Made by a program: the position numbers and the translations under genes. DNA of 59,318 nt, filler included. It is 4 parts of 4 records of this genome, joined end to end, with 100 filler letters (N's around TTAATTAATTAA, not from the genome) between each part and the next. Parts side by side here need not be neighbours in the genome. Positions count along the whole stretch, not along the records: positions 1 to 19,253 come from SRR31156797_7059; 3 more parts are not named here. One strand, given 5' to 3'. The notes under the pieces were generated by a model. It was not told the origin of the DNA. It saw nothing but the letters and a program-made list of their open reading frames with translations, and did no database searches. Position 1 is the stretch's first letter. Each line of letters begins with the position of its first letter. Positions 1 through 10,900 of this stretch are shown in pieces.

Positions 1-919
1 TCTCCCTCTTCTTCAACATCCTGGCATGACCGACTATTCTTATTTTTCCTTTCGTGTTAATAAGATATACACCAAATAAGATCAACGTCATAAAGATTAA
101 ATGAAGCGGCAAAATTTCTTCACCATCAACCATGCCCCAGCCTATTGCAAAAATAGGAATAATATAGGTTACTGATGAAGCAAAAACAGGCGGTACATAG
201 CGTATCATGCTATTCATGAGCAACATAGCTAATGCTGTTCCCATTACGCCCAATACTATTAAAGCTAACAGATGATAACCCCAGCCTTCATTTTGTGTGG
301 GTGATTGCAAATCAGTAGTTAGCAAATATACTAATGCAACAGGAAAAAGAAATGAGAATGACATACTTGTAATTTGCACCCCTGTCAGATGTGAAAGTCT
401 GGCTTTAATCTCATTAATGTTTATGCCGTAGCATGTTGTGGCTAATACGATGTAAAAGGCATAACTGTTCACACTGTCTAAACTAATGGTTTCCCCTGCT
501 CCAATAAGGCCGGCAGCTCCAATTAAACCTATAAATACACCAATATATTGAAGCCTGAATACTTTTACTTTATATAGTATTACGCCTATGATAACTGTAA
601 ATAAAGGCGTTAGTGAATTTAGCATTCCTGCCATGGCACTATCAATGCGTGTTTGAGCTTTTGTAAAAAGAAAGGCCGGGATAAAACTTCCAATAAAACC
701 TGCAACAAGTAAACTTTTGAGGTCTTTCTTTTTAAGTTTTTGCAAATGTTTAATTGCAAATGGCATCAGTACCAAAGAAGCACTAATTATTCTGATAGCT
801 GCAGCTTGGTCACTTTCAAAACTGATTAATCCAATTTTCATTAAAATGAATGAACTACCCCACACAAATCCTAGCAGTAATAAAACAGCATATTGAACCA
901 GGCGCTTTTCTAAATACAT
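1..919 (-). CDS. DMT/EamA-family transporter, 3' end runs off the window
   Basis: Manual translation from ATG at 919 gives MYLEKRLVQYAVLLLLGFVWGSSFILMKIG...LNSLTPLFT...VTYIIPIFAIGWG. It is hydrophobic with a duplicated EamA pattern and has no stop before base 1, so it is absent from the ORF track. Confidence 0.9.
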   Translation of the reverse strand, partial: MYLEKRLVQYAVLLLLGFVWGSSFILMKIGLISFESDQAAAIRIISASLVLMPFAIKHLQKLKKKDLKSLLVAGFIGSFIPAFLFTKAQTRIDSAMAGMLNSLTPLFTVIIGVILYKVKVFRLQYIGVFIGLIGAAGLIGAGETISLDSVNSYAFYIVLATTCYGININEIKARLSHLTGVQITSMSFSFLFPVALVYLLTTDLQSPTQNEGWGYHLLALIVLGVMGTALAMLLMNSMIRYVPPVFASSVTYIIPIFAIGWGMVDGEEILPLHLIFMTLILFGVYLINTKGKIRIVGHARMLKKRE

Positions 920-944
920 TATTTTGACTTTTATAAAATGATGT

Positions 945-952
945 CAAAGGTA
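945..952 (-). promoter_or_regulatory. Bacteroidota -7 promoter element (TACCTTTG) for the DMT gene
   Basis: Reverse complement of CAAAGGTA matches TAnnTTTG, about 25 nt upstream of the ATG. Confidence 0.55.
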
Positions 953-1097
953 ACTAATCTGAACTTGTGAAAATGAAATGCAATAAAAAATATCCATTTT
1001 TGAACAGATGTCTCATCTCAAAAATTAAATGATGTTCGACTTCAGCAATATATTTTTTTGTAATTTCATAAACTTTCAACTTTGTAAACTATAATTT

Positions 1098-1889
1098 ATG
1101 AAAAGGTTCCTTTTATTTACCATATCAGCATTAATCACAACTTTTGTATTGGCTCAAAATCAATTAACCATTAAGGGCAACCAAATCTGGGTTAGAGAAA
1201 CGCCTAAAACTGGCGAAGTTGTATTGAAACTTAATGATGGAGTTGTATGTGATATACTTAAAAAAGGGGAAGAGCAAATTATACGTGGGCATAAGGATTA
1301 CTGGTATAAAATAAAACATGAAGGTAAGACTGGTTGGGTGTTTGGCGCTCAAACTTCTCTCATGCGAATAGCCACCATTGATGACCTTGAATTATTCCTT
1401 GATTTCTTCTTGAAGACATACTATTTTGGGAATAACCTTGAAAAATTAATAATCACTAAAAACTGGAAAACCAGTCATTTTTTACATCCTGAAATTGGAG
1501 TTTTCAGAATGTATAATCCCGGTGCAGCATGTGTATTATTTGGCTGGCAAAGCAAGGGATATAAAGAAGATAAGTTTCTGAACTATCAGATTCCTGCTAA
1601 AGAGAACATTACCTTCTTTTCTAATAGATTACCAAATGGCGGGTTTTGTGAATCAACCGATGAATCAGATGGTGTTTATTATAAATCAGTAGATAAGCTT
1701 CCTGTTTATCCGGATATGAGCGGAGATTATAAGATACTGGAGTTGCCAGTTCCGGAAAAATATAAAAATGGTGAAAAAGCACTAGTTAAGCTTCTTTCAG
1801 ACGGATGGGTTACCAAAAAAATGTATTTTATGATAGTTGAAGGACAATGGCGACTGGTAGTAATAGATGATTGCGATTGCTCAGCGTAA
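1098..1889 (+). CDS. Secreted SH3b-domain protein with an uncharacterised Cys-containing C-terminal domain
   Basis: Signal peptide; SH3b-like IWVRETP...YWYKIKHEGKTGWVFG; ends in DDCDCSA. Confidence 0.7.
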   Translation: MKRFLLFTISALITTFVLAQNQLTIKGNQIWVRETPKTGEVVLKLNDGVVCDILKKGEEQIIRGHKDYWYKIKHEGKTGWVFGAQTSLMRIATIDDLELFLDFFLKTYYFGNNLEKLIITKNWKTSHFLHPEIGVFRMYNPGAACVLFGWQSKGYKEDKFLNYQIPAKENITFFSNRLPNGGFCESTDESDGVYYKSVDKLPVYPDMSGDYKILELPVPEKYKNGEKALVKLLSDGWVTKKMYFMIVEGQWRLVVIDDCDCSA

Positions 1890-1892
1890 AAA

Positions 1893-2000
1893 GTTCCAGG
1901 TTCCGTGTTTCAAGTTTCGGGTTGCCCTAAATAGTTCTGTGCTAACTTGAAACTTTTTAACTTGAAACCTGAAACCCAATACAACTTGAAACCTGAAACT
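1893..2000. repeat. Inverted arrays of degenerate heptamers (GTTYCAR on the left, YTGAAAC on the right)
   Basis: GTTCCAG GTTCCGT GTTTCAA GTTTCGG, then TTGAAAC/CTGAAAC copies in the opposite orientation. Confidence 0.8.
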
Positions 2001-2007
2001 AAATTAT

Positions 2008-2015
2008 TACCTTTG
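2008..2015 (+). promoter_or_regulatory. Bacteroidota -7 promoter element (TACCTTTG) for pheT
   Basis: Exact TAnnTTTG about 40 nt upstream of the ATG. Confidence 0.6.
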
Positions 2016-2055
2016 TCAGTCGATTTTTTAAGCAAACAGATAAACGACTAACAAT

Positions 2056-4500
2056 ATGAAGATTTCGTATAAATGGCTGAAAGATTATCTTGATTTTGAT
2101 CTTACTCCTGAAGAGGTGTCTCGTATTTTAACTGATACCGGACTAGAAGTAGAAGGTCTGGAAGAGGTTGAAACTGTTAAAGGGGGATTGAAAGGAGTTG
2201 TAATAGGGAAAGTGTTGACATGCAAACCTCATGAGGATTCAGATCATTTGAGTGTGACAACTGTGGATATTGGCGATGGAGAGCCTGTACAAATTGTGTG
2301 CGGTGCGCCTAACGTTGCTGAAGGACAAATGGTGCCTGTTGCAACTGTTGGAACCACTTTATATAACGGTGACGAGGAGTTTAGAATTAAAAAATCAAAA
2401 ATTCGAGGACAGGCGTCGTTTGGAATGATTTGCGCTGAGGATGAGCTAGGTCTTGGTTCTTCACATGATGGAATTATGGTTTTGGCCGAAGATGCCAAAG
2501 CCGGAACACCTGCCAGCGATTATTTCAATGTAGAAAGCGATTACGTATTTGAAATAGGATTGACACCTAACCGTATTGATGGTGCCTCTCACATAGGAAC
2601 TGCAAGAGATTTGGCTGCATTCCTCAATATGAATAAACCAACACAATATAGGAAACCATCTGTTGATGCATTTAAGGTTGACAAAACAAATAATCCAATA
2701 AAATTAACTGTTGAAGATACAGACGGTTGCTATCGTTATTCGGCAACTGTGATTGAGGGTATTGAGGTAAAAGAATCTCCGGATTGGCTTAAAAATAAAT
2801 TGGTTGCCATTGGTCAAAGCCCAATCAATAATGTAGTTGATATTACCAATTTTGTATTGCACGAAGTTGGCCAGCCATTACATGCTTTTGATGCGGATCA
2901 AATTGAAGGAAATCATGTAATTGTAAGAAACCTGCCTAATGGTACGAAGTTTACCACATTGGATGAGGAAGAGCGCGAATTGACAGGTAGCGACCTAATG
3001 ATTTGTAACGAGAAAGAAGGAATGTGTATTGCCGGAGTTTTTGGTGGTAATAAAAGTGGTGTAACGGAAAAAACTACACGTGTATTTCTTGAAAGTGCCT
3101 GGTTTAATCCTGTGCGTGTACGTAAAACAGCTCGTCGCCATGGATTAAACACCGATGCCTCGTTCCGTTTTGAGCGTGGTACCGATCCTAATATTACCAT
3201 TTATGCTTTGAAACGTGCTGCATTGCTTATCCAGGAACTAGCTGGAGGAGAAGTTACTAGTGAGATTTTGGATGAGTATCCAAAACCAGCTTCTCCTTTT
3301 GAGATTCAATTCAATATGAAACGTTTCTATACATTGGCTGGCAAGAATATCGATAAAGATTTAGTAATCAAAATACTTACATCACTTGAGATTGAGGTAG
3401 AGGATAAAGGTGATGTGCTTGATTTAAAAGTGCCACCATACCGTGTTGATGTGCAGCGTGAAGCTGATGTGACTGAAGAGATTTTACGTATTTATGGATA
3501 CAACAATATCGAAATTTCTGATACGGTTCATTCTTCATTGAGTTATCAACCAAAACCTGATGAGGAAGCCTTGCGAAATCGTATTTCTGATATGCTTACC
3601 GGAACAGGCTTCAATGAGGCTATGAGTAACAGTATTACCAAAGCAGATTATTTTGAAAAATTCGAATCATTCAATGCTGAGGAATCTGTAATGCTAATGA
3701 ATCCATTAAGTAATGATCTTAATGCTATGCGTCAGACATTACTTTTCTCAGGTATGGAGGCTGTTGAGTATAATGCTAATCGTCAGAATGCCGATCTCAA
3801 ATTGTTTGAATTTGGTAAAGTATACTTTTACAATAAAGGCGATTACGAGAATAACTTGAAAGCATACAAAGAGCGGTGGCAGCTGGCAATTACCATAACT
3901 GGGAATAAGAATGCTGAGAACTGGAATACTCCTATAAATTTAAGCAGCTTTTATGAATTGAAAGCTCATACTGACAACGTGCTGAAACGAATGGGAGTTA
4001 ATGTTGATGAAATACAACAAGAATACCTGACTAATGATATTTGCCGCGAAGGATTAGTTTACAAATACAAAAACAAAGAGATTGCTCGTTTGATGATTGT
4101 TTCTAAACAAGTGAAAGCACATTTTGACCTTAAAAATGATGTTTATTTCGCACAGTTAGAGTGGGAGTATTTGGTCAAACTTTACGGTAAAACCAAAACA
4201 CAAATAAATGAAGTGTCTAAATTTCCTGCAGTTCGTCGTGATATGGCATTATTGCTGGATAAGAAAATTACATTTGATGAGTTAAAACAAGCTGCGTTGA
4301 AAGCAGAAAAGAACCTCATCAAAAATGTGGGGTTGTTCGATGTATATGAAGGAGAAAATATTGAAGAAGGTAAAAAATCTTATGCCTTATCATTTATCAT
4401 TCAGGATGAAGAAAAAACATTGAAAGACAAACAGATCGATAAGATTATGAATAAGCTTAAAGGTACATTCGAACATCGATTTGGCGCTCAATTGCGATAA
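2056..4500 (+). CDS. pheT: Phenylalanyl-tRNA synthetase beta subunit
   Basis: MKISYKWLK start, tRNA-binding OB domain (IVCGAPNV), LTPNR, RFERGTD, C-terminal FDX-ACB (FPAVRRDMA); 814 aa. Confidence 0.98.
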   Translation: MKISYKWLKDYLDFDLTPEEVSRILTDTGLEVEGLEEVETVKGGLKGVVIGKVLTCKPHEDSDHLSVTTVDIGDGEPVQIVCGAPNVAEGQMVPVATVGTTLYNGDEEFRIKKSKIRGQASFGMICAEDELGLGSSHDGIMVLAEDAKAGTPASDYFNVESDYVFEIGLTPNRIDGASHIGTARDLAAFLNMNKPTQYRKPSVDAFKVDKTNNPIKLTVEDTDGCYRYSATVIEGIEVKESPDWLKNKLVAIGQSPINNVVDITNFVLHEVGQPLHAFDADQIEGNHVIVRNLPNGTKFTTLDEEERELTGSDLMICNEKEGMCIAGVFGGNKSGVTEKTTRVFLESAWFNPVRVRKTARRHGLNTDASFRFERGTDPNITIYALKRAALLIQELAGGEVTSEILDEYPKPASPFEIQFNMKRFYTLAGKNIDKDLVIKILTSLEIEVEDKGDVLDLKVPPYRVDVQREADVTEEILRIYGYNNIEISDTVHSSLSYQPKPDEEALRNRISDMLTGTGFNEAMSNSITKADYFEKFESFNAEESVMLMNPLSNDLNAMRQTLLFSGMEAVEYNANRQNADLKLFEFGKVYFYNKGDYENNLKAYKERWQLAITITGNKNAENWNTPINLSSFYELKAHTDNVLKRMGVNVDEIQQEYLTNDICREGLVYKYKNKEIARLMIVSKQVKAHFDLKNDVYFAQLEWEYLVKLYGKTKTQINEVSKFPAVRRDMALLLDKKITFDELKQAALKAEKNLIKNVGLFDVYEGENIEEGKKSYALSFIIQDEEKTLKDKQIDKIMNKLKGTFEHRFGAQLR

Positions 4501-4524
4501 TTAGTTTAAATATTAGAATAGATT

Positions 4525-4556
4525 AAGCCGGAGGAGACTTCTTTCGGCTTTTTTTA
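4525..4556 (+). terminator. Rho-independent terminator after pheT
   Basis: AAGCCGGAGGAG-ac-TTCTTTCGGCTT followed by a T-tract. Confidence 0.8.
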
Positions 4557-4603
4557 TGTAGGTATTCTTATAAGAACCTGGAAAATCAGTTTAATCTTTG
4601 TCA

Positions 4604-4633
4604 TTCGTTCAAGAAATTCATCCGTTCGTTCAA
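4604..4633 (+). promoter_or_regulatory. Putative LytTR binding site: TTCGTTCAA-N12-TTCGTTCAA
   Basis: Perfect 9-bp direct repeats at 4604 and 4625, upstream of the kinase and of a TACTTTTG -7 element at 4662-4669. Confidence 0.75.
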
Positions 4634-4687
4634 AAATTATGAATATCACGTTTCAATATTGTACTTTTGATACAAATTAGAATCGAA

Positions 4688-5704
4688 ATGAAGAAAACGA
4701 CACAGATAATCACAAATATCACTTTTTGGTTACTTATTTTTACCGTACAATTTCTACTTTCAAGTCAGTTTGTAGATTATGAAAAGGCTACTTATTTTGC
4801 TGCAGGAAATGTATTCTTCCAGGCCTCATTATTCTATATAATCTCACAAGTATTATTCCCATTGTATTTCAATAAGGGCTTTGTCAAAACTTTTGTTTTA
4901 TTGAATATTCTAACGCTTGTGTTCATTGCAACAGCTCAGTCATTTGTTGAAATTTGGGCTAGTCAATATGTGGAACCACCTGTTAATAAGCCAGATAGGC
5001 CTGGGTTCTTTATTGTATTCAGAGCTTTTAACTGGTTATTATTAGTTGATTTTGTAGCTACAACATTCGGATTATATCGGCATGTAAAAGAGCGTGAAAT
5101 ATATCAGAAAAGATTAAGTGAAGAAAAGTTAAGCACCGAAATTAAATTATTAAAAGCCCAAATAAACCCACATTTTGTATTCAATGCGCTAAACAACATA
5201 TATTCCATGACCTATATGAAACACGATAAAGCTCCCGAAAGTGTATTGAAACTCTCACAAATGCTTCGTTATGTGTTTGATGATTGTAGCAAAGACCTTG
5301 TGCCGCTCTCATCAGAGGTAACTTACATTGAAAATTTTATTGGATTTCAGCAAATGAAATCTCCGCATGAGCAACAAATAACTTTTGAAACAGATATTCA
5401 AAACCCAAAAATGTCAATCGCACCGATGCTCATGATTCCTTTTCTGGAAAATAGTTTCAAATTTAGTCGTATTGAAGAATCACAAGATTCGAAGGTAGAT
5501 ATAAAGCTATTGAACGACTCTAATAGCTTAATTTTTAGCGTGGAAAACACATTTGATAAGGATAACCTTCCTGCATCTGGTAGTGGAATGGGAATTAAAA
5601 ATGTGCAAGATAGATTACAATTAATCTATCCCGGAAAGCATCAGCTTGATATAAAAAAAGAGACAGGGCTTTTCAGTGTATTACTTAAAATTAGGATAAC
5701 ATGA
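4688..5704 (+). CDS. LytS/YehU-type membrane sensor histidine kinase
   Basis: N-terminal TM helices, H-box LKAQINPHFVFNALNNI, PFLENSFK, GMGIKNV. ATG at 4688 preferred over TTG at 4667. Confidence 0.92.
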   Translation: MKKTTQIITNITFWLLIFTVQFLLSSQFVDYEKATYFAAGNVFFQASLFYIISQVLFPLYFNKGFVKTFVLLNILTLVFIATAQSFVEIWASQYVEPPVNKPDRPGFFIVFRAFNWLLLVDFVATTFGLYRHVKEREIYQKRLSEEKLSTEIKLLKAQINPHFVFNALNNIYSMTYMKHDKAPESVLKLSQMLRYVFDDCSKDLVPLSSEVTYIENFIGFQQMKSPHEQQITFETDIQNPKMSIAPMLMIPFLENSFKFSRIEESQDSKVDIKLLNDSNSLIFSVENTFDKDNLPASGSGMGIKNVQDRLQLIYPGKHQLDIKKETGLFSVLLKIRIT

Positions 5705-6420
5705 ATATTAAATGCGCCGTAGTTGACGATGAGTTTTTGGCCAGACAATATTTGACCGATTATGTTAAGAAGGTGCCTTTTCTGGAATTTATTGGAGATT
5801 ATAATTCGCCTTTAAAAGTTATGGATCAAATCACGGCTGGTGAAATCGATTTGTTATTTCTGGACATTCGAATGCCTGATATTTTAGGAACCGAATTTCT
5901 GCGCTCGCTTTCCAACCCACCTATGGTAATATTTACAACTGCTTACAGCGATTATGCTCTGGAAGGATATGACTTACATATTATTGATTATTTGCTTAAA
6001 CCATTTCCATTTGACCGATTTCTTGCGGCTGTGAATAAAGCCAAAGAGCAGTTTGAATTAATACAACAATCCGCCTCTAAAAACACTGAAGAGTTACTTC
6101 CGGAGTTCCACGCCAACTACCTCGTGGTAAGAGCCGATCGCAAATATTACAAAATCAACTATGAAGATTTATTTTTGGTAGAAGGTCAGAAAGCTTATGT
6201 TACATTCCATACCGATCAAAAGAAAATTACAGCATTGTTATCTATGAAAGATCTTGTTGATCAACTACCCCAGGATCAGTTTGTTCGTATTCATAAAAGT
6301 TATATTGCCAGCATCAAACACATGGAAGAACTGGAAGGTGGACAGGTGAAAATTAAAGGAGAATGGTATCCTATTGGCAAAAGTCACAAGGAAGAAGTGG
6401 AAAAGGTTTTTGGAATTTGA
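5701..6420 (+). CDS. LytTR-family response regulator
   Basis: Receiver domain (VVDDE, LFLDIRMP, YLLKP) plus LytTR FVRIHKSYI; overlaps the kinase stop (ATGA). Confidence 0.95.
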   Translation: MNIKCAVVDDEFLARQYLTDYVKKVPFLEFIGDYNSPLKVMDQITAGEIDLLFLDIRMPDILGTEFLRSLSNPPMVIFTTAYSDYALEGYDLHIIDYLLKPFPFDRFLAAVNKAKEQFELIQQSASKNTEELLPEFHANYLVVRADRKYYKINYEDLFLVEGQKAYVTFHTDQKKITALLSMKDLVDQLPQDQFVRIHKSYIASIKHMEELEGGQVKIKGEWYPIGKSHKEEVEKVFGI

Positions 6421-6690
6421 ATTAAATAGTTAGAAATTATTATTGATTGCCAAATCAAACTTCCTAAAAAAAACATTTGTTACTGTTGCGCTTTATATGT
6501 CAGATTTTTTTAATCAATTCAGTCAATAATTTAATTGATAATACGCTACCTTGTTAATTATATATAAAGAGCTTTTCTCTTTTACTTATGAAATTCTTGT
6601 TTTCATTAATTCTACGGTCAACTCTATTCAGGGAAGGTCAAATGACAATTATCCGATATCTATGATCTGATATCTAAGCTCAACTCAAAT

Positions 6691-6720
6691 TTCGTTCAAG
6701 AAATCCGACCTTTCGTTCAA
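6691..6720 (+). promoter_or_regulatory. Second putative LytTR binding site: TTCGTTCAA-N12-TTCGTTCAA
   Basis: Identical 9-mers at 6691 and 6712, about 60 nt upstream of the RND operon. Confidence 0.75.
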
Positions 6721-6782
6721 AAAGTTTCTGCGCCCATAAACCAACAGGTATTTTCGCCATCAAATTAATAAAACTTAAAATC

Positions 6783-7907
6783 ATGGCACGACGAATTATT
6801 TATTTAGTAGTAAGCTTAGGGATTTTGTTCTTAGCATTTATCTTTTCATCATTCCTAATCAAAAACAAACCCGTACCTCCAAAAGATGAAACCCAAAAAA
6901 ACCTTTTGGAAGTAAAAACAGAACAGGTAGCATATACCGATCAGCAAGTTTCTTTTACCAGGCGCGGTCGCGTATACAGCTATGCAGAGTTGCCACTTTC
7001 TTCACAAGTTGGCGGGAAAATTGAAGCAGGTGATGTACCGCTTAAGGTTGGTGCCAGCTTTTCTAAAGGCGATTTGCTTTTTAAAATATATGATGAAGAT
7101 TTTAAGGCTTCATTACGCTCACAGCGTAGCTCGTTAGTGCAGGCGCTGGCAGGTATTTTACCTGATATGAAAATTGATTACCCTGCAGAATATCCTGCCT
7201 GGCAAGCCTTTTTTAGCTCCATTAAAATAGATGAACCACTGCCTGAATTACCTGAAATCACCTCAGAATCGTTGCGGGTATTTTTAGCGTCAAAAGGAAC
7301 GCTAACCTCCTACTATAGTATTCAGCAAAGCGAGATCACTTTTAAGAAATATAAGGTTTTTGCACCATTTAACGGCACATACCAGAATGTGCAAATGCTT
7401 CCAGGTTCTGTAATTAACCCCGGAACTATGGTTGCTTCATTATTACGAACAGATCTACTAGAAATAACCGTTCCTGTAAAACCCGAAACAACAGCATGGT
7501 TAGCTAAAGGTCAAAAAGTTAGCATTCAACTAGACGACAATCAGACAGGTAATGGATTCATCGACCGTATTTCTCAATTTGTGGATCCGGGTACACAAAC
7601 ATTGAATGTATATGTATCTGTCAAATCTCCTGACACAAAAAACATACGCTCAGGAAGCTATGTAAATATTGACTTTGATATTGACAAGCAAACGAAAGGT
7701 CTGCTTTTACCGCGAGAAGCAATTGTTAATCGCAATGAAGTATACGTGATTGAAAATGGAAAGCTCAATAAGCAAAAAATTGAAATCATCACTGAACTAG
7801 AAGACAAGGTTATTATTAATGGAATCAATGAAAATGTAACCATTGTGGTAGAATCTATCGTGGACGCTAAAATTGGGGATGAAGTAATTGCGCTCCCAAA
7901 TTCATAA
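6783..7907 (+). CDS. RND efflux periplasmic adaptor (MFP)
   Basis: N-terminal anchor, lipoyl-like SQVGGKI and APFNG segments, VDPGTQT; first gene of the operon. Confidence 0.9.
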   Translation: MARRIIYLVVSLGILFLAFIFSSFLIKNKPVPPKDETQKNLLEVKTEQVAYTDQQVSFTRRGRVYSYAELPLSSQVGGKIEAGDVPLKVGASFSKGDLLFKIYDEDFKASLRSQRSSLVQALAGILPDMKIDYPAEYPAWQAFFSSIKIDEPLPELPEITSESLRVFLASKGTLTSYYSIQQSEITFKKYKVFAPFNGTYQNVQMLPGSVINPGTMVASLLRTDLLEITVPVKPETTAWLAKGQKVSIQLDDNQTGNGFIDRISQFVDPGTQTLNVYVSVKSPDTKNIRSGSYVNIDFDIDKQTKGLLLPREAIVNRNEVYVIENGKLNKQKIEIITELEDKVIINGINENVTIVVESIVDAKIGDEVIALPNS

Positions 7908-7928
7908 ACCAACTGAAAAATTTTGAAG

Positions 7929-10900
7929 ATGAAAAAGATAGTTTCCTTATTTGTTAAATACCCATTTTACGGGAAAATGTTTATTGCTGCATTGGTGCTC
8001 ATTGGAGGTATCTCATTGTATAGCATGAAAAAAGCCACCTTCCCTTTAATGGAATCACATAATATTACCATCACCGTAAGTTACCCGGGCGCTACTCCAA
8101 AAGAGATGGAAGAAGGTGTAACTACTCTGGTAGAGAATGCTATACGAGGACTTGCGGGTATCAAAGAGTTTAGCTCCGAATCGCGTGAAAATGTAGCAAC
8201 TGTTAGTATTACAGCGCTTAGCAACTACGATATTGACGAACTCCTTTATGAAATAAAAAATGCAGTTGATGGGATTTCAAATTTCCCTGCAGCAGCAGAA
8301 AAACCTATTGTCATAAAGCAACGGAGAACAGACATGGCAGCATTTCTCTCTGTTCATGGCAAGAATGATGACCTCATTGCATTAAACAAGGCTGTTAAGC
8401 GCATTGAAGATGATTTTTTGGCGACCGGAATCATCACACAAATCAATATTTTGGGGTTACCTCAAAAAATGGAAATCTCGGTAGAGTTGGATGAGACTAC
8501 TTTACAGCGTTACCAAATCACCATGGAAGAGATCAAGAGTGCTATTAGCGCCAATAATAATGATATTCATGGTGGAACTATTAAAAACGAACGTGAAGAA
8601 CTACTTGTGTTGAGCCGTCAGCGCTCGGTTGATCCGGATGATATCAAAAACATAGTGGTGAAATCTGACCAGCATGGAAATAATATCCTGGTAAAAGATT
8701 TAGCCAATGTAACTCTCCAATTTGAAGAAACACCTGGAGCCAGTTATGTAAATGGTCAAAGAAATGCAGTTATTTTCCTTAGTAAATTGAATAATGAAGA
8801 TCTGGAAGAGATCTCAGACTTTGTAAACAACTACATTGAAGAGTATAATGCAATGGAGAATGGTTACAGCATTGATATCATGTTTGATTTTCACAACCTG
8901 GTAAACAACCAATTAAATCTACTCATCAATAACGGTTTAATAGGTGTAATTTTGGTTATCATAATGCTATCATTACTGTTAAATGTGCGCTTGTCATTTT
9001 GGGTGGCATGGGGCATTCCTGCAAGTTTTCTAGGCATGTTCGTAGTGGCAGCTTTGAGTGGTGTAACACTTAACATGATTTCTCTTTTCGGAATGATCCT
9101 CATCATCGGTATTTTGGTAGACGATGGAATTGTAATTGGGGAAAATATTTTCACCCATCATGAAATGGGAAAATCGCCAAGGCGCGCCGCCATCGATGGA
9201 ACCATGGAGGTGTTGCCAGCAGTATTTACATCAGTTGCCACAACTATTATTGCATTTATGCCACTGTTTTTCATTGAAGGAGGCCTAGAAATGATGTATG
9301 AAATGGCCTTTGTTGTTGTGGTTAGCCTGATTTTCAGCTTAATTGAAGGAATGTTTGTACTGCCAAGTCACCTTGTAGCTTCAAACGCCTTAAAACCCAT
9401 TAAGAAAAAGTCAATTTATGGAAAAATACGGAAGGGAACAGACAAATTCATCTTTGGATTCAGAGACAAGATTTATGCGCCATTTGTAAGCTGGAGCTTA
9501 AAGCGAAAATTTGCCTCATTTACAATTGCTATTTCACTATTTGTAGTAACCGGCGGCATGTTGCTTGGCGGTGTAATTCCTTTCACTTTCTTCCCACCTG
9601 CTCCGGCTGATATGTTCACTATCGATATGGCATTGAAACCCGGAACAAATCAGGAATTAACCCTTGAAAAACTTAATTATATTGAAAAAACAATTTGGGA
9701 AGCCAATGAAAAAATCAGAGAAGAGCAAGGTGATACCATTTCGTATGTAAAAGTAACGGAAGTAAGCGTTGGATCAGCTTTTTCAGGAGGAGAAAGTGGC
9801 ACGCACGCAGGCATGGTTCGTGTTTTCCTCAATAAAATTGATGAGACCAATGTAACTGAAGATATTGTTAAGCAACGCATTAGTAAAGAGCTGGGGAAAA
9901 TACCGGAAGCTTACAAATTAGGTGTGGGAGCTTCGAACCGATTTGGAGCACCGGTATCCATTAGCCTTATGGGTTACGATCTGGATCAACTCAATGGTGC
10001 TAAAAATGATTTGATTAACGAATTGGAGCAAATGACCTCGCTTTACAACATTGTTGATAACAGTCAGCTGGGTAGTCAGGAAATAAGGCTAACCCTCAAA
10101 CCACAAGCTTACAGTCTTGGACTCAACCAACAAACATTAATGAGTCAGGTCAGAAATGCATATTACGGCAGTTTAGCACAGCGCATGCAAGAAGGCAAGG
10201 AAGAGATTTGGATTTATGTGCGGTATCCGTTAGAAAATCGAGAAACGATAGGCGAACTAGAACAAATGCAAATCCGCACGGCCAAAGGAACTTTTCCATT
10301 GAGCCAGGTTGCCAATCTGGAATTTGAACGCAGCCTGAATAAAATAAACCGCTATAACGGGCGTAGGGAAATTCGCGTTGAGGCCTATATGAAAGATCAG
10401 GAAGAATCTGTTTTACCTATCATCAGTACAGTTGATGAAGATATCATGCCTACAATACTGGAGAAATACCCTGATATTGATTACATGCATCAGGGCCAGC
10501 AAAAAGACACCAACGAAGAGATGGGCAGCATGATGACCTATTTTGGAATAGCTTTTTTAATTATTGTAATCATCATCATGCTCTACTTCAAATCGGCTCG
10601 ACAGGGCATACTTGTGTTGTCTATGATTCCATTTGGTATACTTGGTGCCATTTGGGGGCATGGTATACACGGTGAAACATTTTCACTAATGAGCATGTGG
10701 GGATTAGTGGCTATGTCCGGAACCATCATTAACGACGCCATTGTATACATGAGTAAATACAATCAAAACATTGTGAAAGGAATGACCGTTGCAAAAGCTT
10801 CTTTCGAGGCAGGGAAAGCCCGTTTTAGAGCTATCTTTTTAACGACTGTAACTACCACTGCCGGACTTATGCCACTTATTCTGGAAGGAAGTAGTGATGC

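Noticed and set aside
2056-4500. pheT without adjacent pheS
   Set aside because: Separation of pheS and pheT is common in Bacteroidota.
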